This document shows positions 54,708-61,500 of a stretch of 64,000 nt of DNA, piece by piece. Source of the DNA: Gemmatimonadales bacterium. GTDB taxonomy: Bacteria > Gemmatimonadota > Gemmatimonadetes > Gemmatimonadales > GWC2-71-9. How positions within the stretch are numbered: position 1 is the stretch's first letter; every line of letters starts with the position of its first letter. Where the stretch lies: the NCBI GenBank assembly GCA_036556025.1, contig DATBKD010000005.1, positions 13,845-77,844 on the forward strand, in the 5' to 3' direction. Position numbers and translations under genes: made by a program. A model generated the notes under the pieces. It made no database searches, had not been told where the DNA came from, and was given only the letters and a program-made list of their open reading frames with translations.

Positions 54708-55780
54708 GGTGTGGGCTCCGGGAAGAGGTGAATGCCGCCCCCCGCGCGACGGCTGGGCATGACGCCGACCTGTTCACCGATCCGAACTGCCTGGTGCGGT
54801 GCGACGACCTCGATGGCGGCGCCGCTCCCCTCTACCACGACAGTGTAGAGGGCAGACGGTCCCACGAAGCGTCGCTCCCGAACGGTGGCGCTGAGAGCAC
54901 CCGCGGCCGGTGGCGTCAGCCGAAGCGCCTCGGGTCGCACCAGCATCAGGGCTGGTCCCGGAGGTACGGGCGGGCCGTCCTCCCGGCGCTCCACGTCCCA
55001 CTCAGCCGGGCCGATCCGCACCCGGGTCCCCTGTTCGCCCCGGCCAAGGACCTCGACCCGGAGACTACTGGATCGTCCCACGAACCGAGCGACGAAGGGA
55101 TTGGCCGGGGTGACGTACAACTCGTCCGGAGTTCCGGCCTGTTCCAGCCGGCCCTGGCACAGAACCGCTACCCGATCGCCCAGATCGAAGGCCTCGTCCT
55201 GTTCGTGGGTGACCAGAATCGTCGTGATGCCGACCCGCCGGATCACGTCCCGAATTTCGCGCCGAGTCCGCTCACGAAGGGTGGGATCGAGGTTGGAGAG
55301 AGGCTCGTCCAGGAGGAGCACCCTCGGCTCCGGCGCCAGCGCCCGGGCCAGTGCGACCCGCTGCTGTTGCCCGCCAGACAGCTGCGAGATCTTTCGCCGC
55401 TCGAAGCCCTCCAGGTCCACCAGCGTGAGCGCCCGGGCCACGCGGCGGTCCAGCTCGTCCCCGCGCACCCCGAGCGACTCCAGACCGAACGCCACGTTGC
55501 TGCCGGCATCCAGGTGGGGAAAGAGAGCATAGTGCTGAAAGACCATTCCGAACCGCCGAGCCACCGGCTCGAGCTGGGTAACATCTTCGCCATCTACCAG
55601 CACCCGACCCCCGTCGGGCACCTCGAATCCGGCCAGGAGCCGGAGCGTGGTGGTCTTCCCGCTGCCGCTGGGGCCAAGCAGAGCCAGCATCTCGCCGCGG
55701 TTCAGCGAAAGCGTCAAACCGTCGACCGCCAGGGTGCCGTCGAAGCGCTTGACCAGATCCTGAAGCTGGAGAAACGTCAC
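54704..55780 (-). CDS. ABC transporter ATP-binding protein
   Basis: GTG 55780 overlaps the binding-protein TGA (GTGA). It has Walker A GPSGSGKTT, the signature LSGGQQQRVALARAL and Walker B LLLDEPLSNLD. Confidence 0.92.
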   Translation of the reverse strand: MTFLQLQDLVKRFDGTLAVDGLTLSLNRGEMLALLGPSGSGKTTTLRLLAGFEVPDGGRVLVDGEDVTQLEPVARRFGMVFQHYALFPHLDAGSNVAFGLESLGVRGDELDRRVARALTLVDLEGFERRKISQLSGGQQQRVALARALAPEPRVLLLDEPLSNLDPTLRERTRREIRDVIRRVGITTILVTHEQDEAFDLGDRVAVLCQGRLEQAGTPDELYVTPANPFVARFVGRSSSLRVEVLGRGEQGTRVRIGPAEWDVERREDGPPVPPGPALMLVRPEALRLTPPAAGALSATVRERRFVGPSALYTVVVEGSGAAIEVVAPHQAVRIGEQVGVMPSRRAGGGIHLFPEPTP

Positions 55781-56943
55781 CGCTTTCCCGTGTTGCGCAC
55801 GTGCCGGTCCCAGTAGCTCATCCAGGCGGTCCCATTGCGAGCGAGCAGGTCCCAGTCCATGTGAGTCACCACCATCTGGCTCTCCACCTGTGCCACCCAC
55901 GCGGGAATTCGGTCGCTTGGCAGGTCGCGCCTGGCCGGAAGCCGAAATACTCGGTCGGCAGCGAGCAACTGACCTTCCTCGCTGCCCACGTAGTCGATGA
56001 ACGCCCTGGCGGCCTCGGCGTGGTGACAACCCTTGACCAGGCCGATCGCGTCGTCGATCACCACGGTTCCGCTGGTCGGAAAGACATAGTCGAAGGGCAG
56101 TCCTTTGGACCGGCTGATCAACACATCCGGAAGATCCCACAAGGTCAGGAGTCCCTCGCCCCGGGCGAGCCGGGCATCGAGGATCGCCGGGTTCAAGGTG
56201 TACGCCTTGGTCTGGCCGTCCAGCCGCCTGAGCCAGGCGATGCCTTGAGTGGTGTCGCCCGTCTCCCGAAGACTGCGCACCAGGATGAGGCCCCAGATCG
56301 CACGCATGGTACCGCTCGCCATGGGATCGCGGATCAGGATCTTGCCGCTCCAGCGCGGAGCGAGCACCTCGTCCCAATCCTTGGGCGCGCGCTCCCGGGA
56401 CAGCAGCCGATCATTGAACGCAATCACCACCGGCGTGCGGTAAACCGGATAGTACAGATCATTCGGGCCCACGCCACCGGTGCCCACATGATCCGCCCAG
56501 GCGGGACGATACGGGGCCAGCAGCGAATCCTTGACGCCGCGGTCAAAAATCGTGGTGGGCCCGCCGAACCACACGTCCGCCTGGGGGTTGACCCGCTCGA
56601 ACCGTAACCGATCGAGGATCTCCTGGGATCCCATGTCGAGCCAGCGCACGTCAATGTCCGGCCGCTTGGCCTCGAAGGCATGCTCCAGCAGCGTGAGCTG
56701 ATCTCGGCCGTGGGGCGAGTAGAGGACGAGGGGGGTCCGGTGGTCGGAGGTGCAGGCGGTAAGGACGGGAAGGGCGGTAAGGGCGGTAAGGACGGGAAGG
56801 ACGGTAATGACGGGAAGGACGGGAAGGACGGGAAGGACGGGAAGGGCGGGAAGGCACACGACGAGGGACCTACTCGCGTGTTTCCGAAACCAACGCAGTA
56901 GGTCCCTCCCTTCGCTGGGGATCACGCTCGAGGTTCTTCGCAC
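55777..56943 (-). CDS. ABC transporter periplasmic substrate-binding lipoprotein (iron(III)-type family 1 binding protein)
   Basis: The mature domain starts around PLVLYSPHGRDQ. The lipobox is LTAC. The only in-frame start codons between the upstream gene's stop and the mature domain are GTG 56943 (preceded by AGAGGA), GTG 56925 and GTG 56859, and all lie upstream of the 9-nt array. The array is therefore translated as LPALPVLPVLPVLPVITVLPVLTALTALPVLTAC. Confidence 0.8.
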   Translation of the reverse strand: MRRTSSVIPSEGRDLLRWFRKHASRSLVVCLPALPVLPVLPVLPVITVLPVLTALTALPVLTACTSDHRTPLVLYSPHGRDQLTLLEHAFEAKRPDIDVRWLDMGSQEILDRLRFERVNPQADVWFGGPTTIFDRGVKDSLLAPYRPAWADHVGTGGVGPNDLYYPVYRTPVVIAFNDRLLSRERAPKDWDEVLAPRWSGKILIRDPMASGTMRAIWGLILVRSLRETGDTTQGIAWLRRLDGQTKAYTLNPAILDARLARGEGLLTLWDLPDVLISRSKGLPFDYVFPTSGTVVIDDAIGLVKGCHHAEAARAFIDYVGSEEGQLLAADRVFRLPARRDLPSDRIPAWVAQVESQMVVTHMDWDLLARNGTAWMSYWDRHVRNTGKR

Positions 56944-56999
56944 TCTCTGTCCTCTGCCTCCCTTCCCCGTCCTTACCGCCCTTCCCGCCCTTCTCGCCC
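56758..56999. repeat. E6: 9-nt-unit palindromic element between the PIG-L gene and the ABC binding-protein gene
   Basis: The left array has 11 units of GG(G/T)AAGG(A/G)C (56758-56856). The centre is the 12-bp stem GAGGGACCTACT (56863-56874), a 22-nt loop, then AGTAGGTCCCTC (56897-56908). The right array has 4-5 units including GTCCTTACC GCCCTTCCC GCCCTTCTC (56958-56999). The upstream gene's TAA (complement of 56973-56975) lies inside a unit. Confidence 0.9.
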
Positions 57000-59648
57000 A
57001 TGCGCCAAGGCTAGCAGATTGGCGAACAGGCGGAAGGCGCCGGGAACGCCGGCCGGCAGCTGCCGGAAAAAGCTGAGCCCGGTGTAGACGTAGGTTCCCT
57101 TCCCTGCCCGGGCGATGAGAAGTCCGCCTTCGAGCGGCGCATCGCCCGCATCGTGGGTCTCCAGGATCGGCCGATAGGCCCGGTCCCAACTCCGCGCGAA
57201 GTACAGACCTCGCTCCTGGATCCAACCCTGCCAATCGGATGGCTCCAGCCGGTTAGGCCGCATCACAACCAGGTCCTGCGGGGTCAGGACCCGCACCGGT
57301 GCGGTTTCATCGGTCACCCTGTCGTGCACCACCATGGACTGACCCGCTGGCGCGCCGGCAAAGCCACTGCTCTGACCCGGCGGTTGAAGTGCGGGCCCTC
57401 CCACGGTCATGGAGTAGGGCGCAAAGCCCCCGTGGAAAAAGAACTGCTGCTGGTACTGGACGATGAGCAGCCCGCCGTCGCGGAGGTACTGCAGCAGTCG
57501 ATCGTTGTTCTCTACCAGGGCGGAGTCGGTTTCATAGGCCCGGGGGCCGACGACGATGGCGTCATAGCGGTGAAGGTCGGCATGCTCCAGCGTCTGCCTA
57601 TCGAGAAGCACGACGGGCACACCGACTTCTTCGAGTGCTTCAGGAACCTGATCCGCCGCCCCTCGGACATAGCCGACCCGAGCCAGCTGGGGAAGAGCGA
57701 CCGGACTCAGTCGAACGGTCGCGGTCGCCGCACGGATATAGGAACGGGGACGGATGTGCGGATAGGCGACGGTATAGTCGCCGACGTCATAGTCCCGGCC
57801 CAGAGTGTCTCGGGCAACCGCTCGGATCTGCGCGGTCACCTTCCGCGATGCCGCAGGCGGCCGCACCTGGAAGATGAAGGTCTCCCTCTGATCCTCCCGC
57901 TCCAGCCGGAAGGACTGCTGCGGCACCGGCGGCCACCCCTGGGGTAACATGAGCCGGACCCGGCCGGCCGTGGTGTCCTTGGCCCCGTGGGTCAGAGTGA
58001 CGATAAGCCGATGGGTCTTAGGCGCCAGCGTGGGCCATAGCTCCATGGAGGGCTCGAGCTTGACATCCACTCGCGGCACCACGGTGAGCGGCCGGCGGAT
58101 CTCGCCGCGTGCCTGATCGACCGTGCGGAAGACCACCTCCCGCTCCACGGTGAACCGCCCTGCACTGTCCATTACCGTGAACCTGCCACTCAGCGTCGGT
58201 GGGGCGAACGGGAGCCCCCGCACCTCGGGCGGCGCGCCGTCCCACCGGTAGAGGGCAGTCCCCGCAGGGTCCAGGCTGAAGTACGGGGTAGTAGTCTGGT
58301 CGCCGGCTACGACTGTGATCTGGGACCTCATCATCTGCCCTGGGCCGACCGGCCTCTCTTCGCCGTCCGGTCCCCGAATGGTCCATCCGTCGCCGGCCGC
58401 AAGTCGGATGGCAACCCGCGCCGCCCGGCCGGATGGATTCCATACGGTCAGCAGGGCGTGAACCTCCTGCCCCGGAACAATCCTGTCGTCATCGGCCACG
58501 GCGTCGAAAACGAGGGGTGACGCGGCTTCGGCAGCGGCGTCGAGGTGCCGCAGCTGGTCGGCCTCAGCGGCACTGGGACCCGAGGACCAGGCATTGCCAC
58601 TGGCCTTGGGCGGAAGATCGGACTCGAACTCTTGTCGAAGTGAGATCAGTCTGGCGGCGAGATTTGAGTCTGCCAACCTTGCCGGCCGGAGCGCTCCCAG
58701 CTTTCGGGCCAGGTCGGACCACGCGGCCGGCGTCGTGGGCCTGCCGGCCGACGAGGAGGCGGTGCGTGGATCGGCCGCTGCGAGCGTGGTATCGATTCCG
58801 TCCCACAGACCGCCCGCACCCAGGCGACTCCGGTCCTGCCACAAGGCCAGCCGTATGGGAGAGGGTCCCATGTCCTGAAGCCGTCCCATGTCTTGCGAGC
58901 GATGCAGGCTTCGCCCTGCCATCGCAATCTGATGGAATGACTTGCCGACAGCTGGATCGAGGACGCCTCCCTCGAGGGTGAGCGTCGTGGATCCGCTGTC
59001 GAACCGGGTGCTGCGATAGAGCTTGATCGGGGTCCAGGCCGCCAGATGCTCCTCCCGCTCCAACTCGGGAAAGGCCGACGAGTCCCCGGCGATCCGAAAC
59101 GCCTCCTGGGATGCCCATCCCGCCGCTTGATGCTGCCCGTGGCCATCGCGCGGGGTCCCACTGAACACCGACACGACGATCTGAGGACGAAACCGGCGGA
59201 TGACGCGAACCACATCTTTGAGGATTGTGTCCTTGGACCAGTGCTGCCAGGTCTCGTCCAAGGTCTTGGAGTACCCGAAATCGTAGGCCCGGGTAAAATA
59301 CTGCCGCGCTCCATCCAGTCGGCGAGCGGCCAGGAGCTCCTCGGTGCGAATCAGTCCCAGAGCTTCCCCCAGCTCCGGGCCGATCAGATTCTGGCCACCC
59401 TCGCCGCGGTTGAGCGACAGGTAGGCTGCTTCGGAGCCCATGCCCCGCACGAGGACGGTCAGCAGCTCGGTATCCTCGTCGTCCGGGTGGGCGCCGATCA
59501 TCAGCACCCGCTTGTAGTGCCCCAGAAACCGGAGCTCCCGGTCCAGAGCGACGATACCGCCGGTGGACGGCGGCTCCAGTTGAGCCGATGCGGCGGGAGC
59601 GATGGCGAAACCGAAGAGCGCGGAGAGGGCGATGAGCCTGCGAGGCAA
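56973..59648 (-). CDS. PIG-L/LmbE-family deacetylase fused to a large C-terminal region, secreted
   Basis: 891-aa ORF with a TTG start and a signal peptide (MPRRLIALSALFGFAIAPAASA). It has VLMIGAHPDDEDTELL, the PIG-L motif. The C-terminal 8 residues GREGREGR are encoded by the E6 right arm. Confidence 0.82.
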   Translation of the reverse strand: MPRRLIALSALFGFAIAPAASAQLEPPSTGGIVALDRELRFLGHYKRVLMIGAHPDDEDTELLTVLVRGMGSEAAYLSLNRGEGGQNLIGPELGEALGLIRTEELLAARRLDGARQYFTRAYDFGYSKTLDETWQHWSKDTILKDVVRVIRRFRPQIVVSVFSGTPRDGHGQHQAAGWASQEAFRIAGDSSAFPELEREEHLAAWTPIKLYRSTRFDSGSTTLTLEGGVLDPAVGKSFHQIAMAGRSLHRSQDMGRLQDMGPSPIRLALWQDRSRLGAGGLWDGIDTTLAAADPRTASSSAGRPTTPAAWSDLARKLGALRPARLADSNLAARLISLRQEFESDLPPKASGNAWSSGPSAAEADQLRHLDAAAEAASPLVFDAVADDDRIVPGQEVHALLTVWNPSGRAARVAIRLAAGDGWTIRGPDGEERPVGPGQMMRSQITVVAGDQTTTPYFSLDPAGTALYRWDGAPPEVRGLPFAPPTLSGRFTVMDSAGRFTVEREVVFRTVDQARGEIRRPLTVVPRVDVKLEPSMELWPTLAPKTHRLIVTLTHGAKDTTAGRVRLMLPQGWPPVPQQSFRLEREDQRETFIFQVRPPAASRKVTAQIRAVARDTLGRDYDVGDYTVAYPHIRPRSYIRAATATVRLSPVALPQLARVGYVRGAADQVPEALEEVGVPVVLLDRQTLEHADLHRYDAIVVGPRAYETDSALVENNDRLLQYLRDGGLLIVQYQQQFFFHGGFAPYSMTVGGPALQPPGQSSGFAGAPAGQSMVVHDRVTDETAPVRVLTPQDLVVMRPNRLEPSDWQGWIQERGLYFARSWDRAYRPILETHDAGDAPLEGGLLIARAGKGTYVYTGLSFFRQLPAGVPGAFRLFANLLALAHGREGREGR

Positions 59649-59651
59649 GAG

Positions 59652-59854
59652 GTCGAGAGGTTAGAAGTTAGCAGTGAGCAGTGAGCAGTGAATAGTGAGC
59701 AGTGAGTAGGAGCCAGTGAGCAGTGGATCGACGGAGCAACCTCCATAATGCCGTGCGCGGGAACGGCCTCGGGGAGCTACTTCTTACTTTTCACGCGTTA
59801 CCGCACGGCGCACTGCTTTCGGCTTTCTCACTCCTTACTGCTGACTGCTATCTC
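59652..59854. repeat. E7: tandem-heptamer palindromic element between a small membrane-protein gene and the PIG-L gene
   Basis: The left array (59652-59728) has about 11 units, including GGTTAGA AGTTAGC AGTGAGC AGTGAGC AGTGAAT AGTGAGC AGTGAGT AGGAGCC AGTGAGC. The centre has GGAG-caac-CTCC (59733-59744). The right array (59776-59854) is good at the outer end (TTCTCAC TCCTTAC TGCTGAC TGCTATC) and degenerate toward the centre. The upstream stop TAG (complement of 59848-59850) lies in the outer unit. The downstream TTG start (59648) is 3 nt beyond the other array. Confidence 0.85.
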
Positions 59855-60351
59855 GGCGCGGCGCCAAGAGGCGTCTCCTGGATGGAGCGCCGCAGATCGG
59901 GATGCCGAAGCCAGAGATACAGCCCCATGCAGAACGCCGCCAAGGTGTTGGCCGAGACCACGGCCCAGAAGGGGAAGAGCTCGTTGGTGCGCTCGGAGAA
60001 GATCGCCAGCACCCCGTAGAACATGACCTCGAACACCAGGAACACCGGCAAAAGCGCGTAGCGTACAACCGGGTTCTCGGTTCCCCAATGCACCAGGGCG
60101 ACGAGCCCCATGCCGATCAAGGCAAAGACGATGAAGTGAAAAGCAGTGTACACCACGATGGAGCCGAAGAGCAGGTGTGTGGTGTCAGGGGTCTTATCCC
60201 CGAAGAGTACAACCTGGCCCAGTAGGCTCGGCGTCTGGAAGGGATGTCCGGCGATCAGGTCGAGAACGAAAAACCAGGCGGCGACCGCCAATCCGCCGAT
60301 AACGCCGACATCTGTGCCCTCTGAAATAACCGAGTGGCGACTGTCGGGCAT
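59848..60351 (-). CDS. small 4-TM membrane protein, unknown family (paralog 1)
   Basis: 167-aa ORF with four hydrophobic segments. By-eye alignment shows it is clearly homologous to the next gene (shared GVIGxLxVAxWxFVxD, FALxGMGLxxLVH and WxRHPxLRRS). Confidence 0.7.
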   Translation of the reverse strand: MPDSRHSVISEGTDVGVIGGLAVAAWFFVLDLIAGHPFQTPSLLGQVVLFGDKTPDTTHLLFGSIVVYTAFHFIVFALIGMGLVALVHWGTENPVVRYALLPVFLVFEVMFYGVLAIFSERTNELFPFWAVVSANTLAAFCMGLYLWLRHPDLRRSIQETPLGAAPR

Positions 60352-60509
60352 GAAAGCCTCCCGCTGAAGCCGGAGATGTCGAGCTGATGAACCCGCGGCG
60401 CCGGTGCCCCCGAGCCGCGGCCCGCGGGCTCGAATCCGCGGGCGCCGCGACGGTGCGGCCGTCTATTCACAGTGGCGGTGCGCTGTCAGGACCGCAAGTC
60501 TCCAGGCCA

Positions 60510-61046
60510 TTACACCCGGGGGGCACCGGGAGGATGGGGTGGCGCCCTCCCTTCCGCACCCAGCGCTGACTCGTCGAAGGAACGCCGCAGGCGAGGATGC
60601 CGGCTCCACAGAAAGCCCGCCATCGCGAGCACGCCAACCAGACTCCCACCGATAACCGACCAGAGCGGCAACCGGTTTCCGCTGGCCGTGGTCAGCATAA
60701 AGGTCATGCCGGCGAAGAAGCAGAACGCCACCACCAGGCCGAGCCAGACGCCCATTCGGAGAGTGGGGTTTCGAGTGGATTGGTGGACCAACAGGGTCAA
60801 TCCCATGCCCACGAGGGCAAACAGAACGAAGTGGACCAGGGTGTAGCCCAGGAGCACCGACGGCAGGATCGGCTGGATTCCCGGTCTCAGGCTGCCATGG
60901 AACAGGAATTTGCCCAGGACGCTGGGAGTGTACAGCGGCCGCCCGCTCGCCGCGTCGAACACGAAATACCAGATGGCGACGATCAGAGCTCCGATGACCC
61001 CGGTGACCACGCCCTCTCGGACGGTGGAATGTTCCCGAACCTGCAT
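60510..61046 (-). CDS. small 4-TM membrane protein, unknown family (paralog 2)
   Basis: The start is trimmed to ATG 61046 (MQVREHSTVREG...). It is a paralog of 59848..60351. Confidence 0.7.
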   Translation of the reverse strand: MQVREHSTVREGVVTGVIGALIVAIWYFVFDAASGRPLYTPSVLGKFLFHGSLRPGIQPILPSVLLGYTLVHFVLFALVGMGLTLLVHQSTRNPTLRMGVWLGLVVAFCFFAGMTFMLTTASGNRLPLWSVIGGSLVGVLAMAGFLWSRHPRLRRSFDESALGAEGRAPPHPPGAPRV

Positions 61047-61133
61047 GGCGACCCCCGATAGCCAGACGTAGGGCGGAGATATGCCGCCCTCCTCCACTGT
61101 CGGGCGGCGAGCGGCCGTAAGATGTGTCGGGGG

Positions 61134-61445
61134 TCACCGGCAGCGCGGGCAGGGACAGCTCTGCAGCAGCCGCTCGAAGGTGTAGATCCCGGTACTGTGC
61201 CCATCGCTCCAGTGCACTCGAAGGCCGTAAGCGCCTACCAGTGCGATGGAAAGCGGTCGGATATCGGTCGAGATGCTTCCCGGGTCCAGGAGCGGCCGCC
61301 CGGTCATCTCTTCAATGCAGGCGGCGCAAGGGCAGGCCAGGCGCAGCGCACGAGCCGGATAAAAGGCGACGTGTCCGGACTGATCCCACTCCACCTGGAG
61401 GCCGTCGTCCTGGCGAGTGATGGCATAGGGAATTGGATTGGCCAT
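61134..61445 (-). CDS. DUF971 (gamma-butyrobetaine hydroxylase N-terminal-like) zinc-binding domain protein
   Basis: The start is trimmed to ATG 61445 (MANPIPYAI...). The pattern [28 protein letters not shown]...[17 protein letters not shown] is typical of DUF971. Confidence 0.75.
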   Translation of the reverse strand: MANPIPYAITRQDDGLQVEWDQSGHVAFYPARALRLACPCAACIEEMTGRPLLDPGSISTDIRPLSIALVGAYGLRVHWSDGHSTGIYTFERLLQSCPCPRCR

Positions 61446-61500
61446 ACCGAGCATGATAGTGGCTATATTCCGCCCATCGCCAACTTCCGCCAAGACCGCC

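Noticed and set aside
7608-54731. Many other long track ORFs antisense to or out of frame with the called genes. Examples: 7608..8969+, 7813..9009-, 12289..14043+, 14085..15584- (except its last 33 codons), 15672..16928-, 17898..19022-, 23907..25337-, 25762..26877-, 28058..29365-, 31029..33311+, 35652..36938+, 37329..38312-, 48311..49840+ and 53472..54731+
   Set aside because: Each overlaps a gene with strong family motifs on the other strand or in another frame. Each has the low-complexity Arg/Pro/Gly/Ala composition of GC-rich shadow frames, and none has a recognisable motif.
56758-56856. Possible CRISPR array, since the region is regularly spaced repeats
   Set aside because: The units are 9 nt and directly abutting with no spacers. 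A reverse-complement array lies 100 nt away, and there are no cas genes. The same applies to the 7-nt arrays E1, E3, E5 and E7.
56651-56901. Repeat-peptide ORFs (MPSRPSRPSRPSRPSRHYRPSRPY... on the minus strand; ...GKDGKGGKGGKDGKDGNDGKDGKDGKDGKGGK... on the plus strand) that look collagen- or histone-tail-like
   Set aside because: They are simply the E6 9-nt array read in the other frame and on the other strand. The frame continuous with the ABC binding-protein domain (PVLPVL...) is the one with a functional context.
60394-60449. tRNA-like fragment: GGGCTCGAATCCGCGGG resembles a T-arm, and CGGCGCC / GGCGCCG could be an acceptor stem
   Set aside because: Only ~20 nt separate the putative acceptor 5' strand from the T-arm, leaving no room for D and anticodon arms. 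The loop is 8 nt rather than 7, and there is no CCA or discriminator context. It is better described as a nested GC-rich palindrome. I found no other tRNA-like TPsiC motifs in the intergenic regions.
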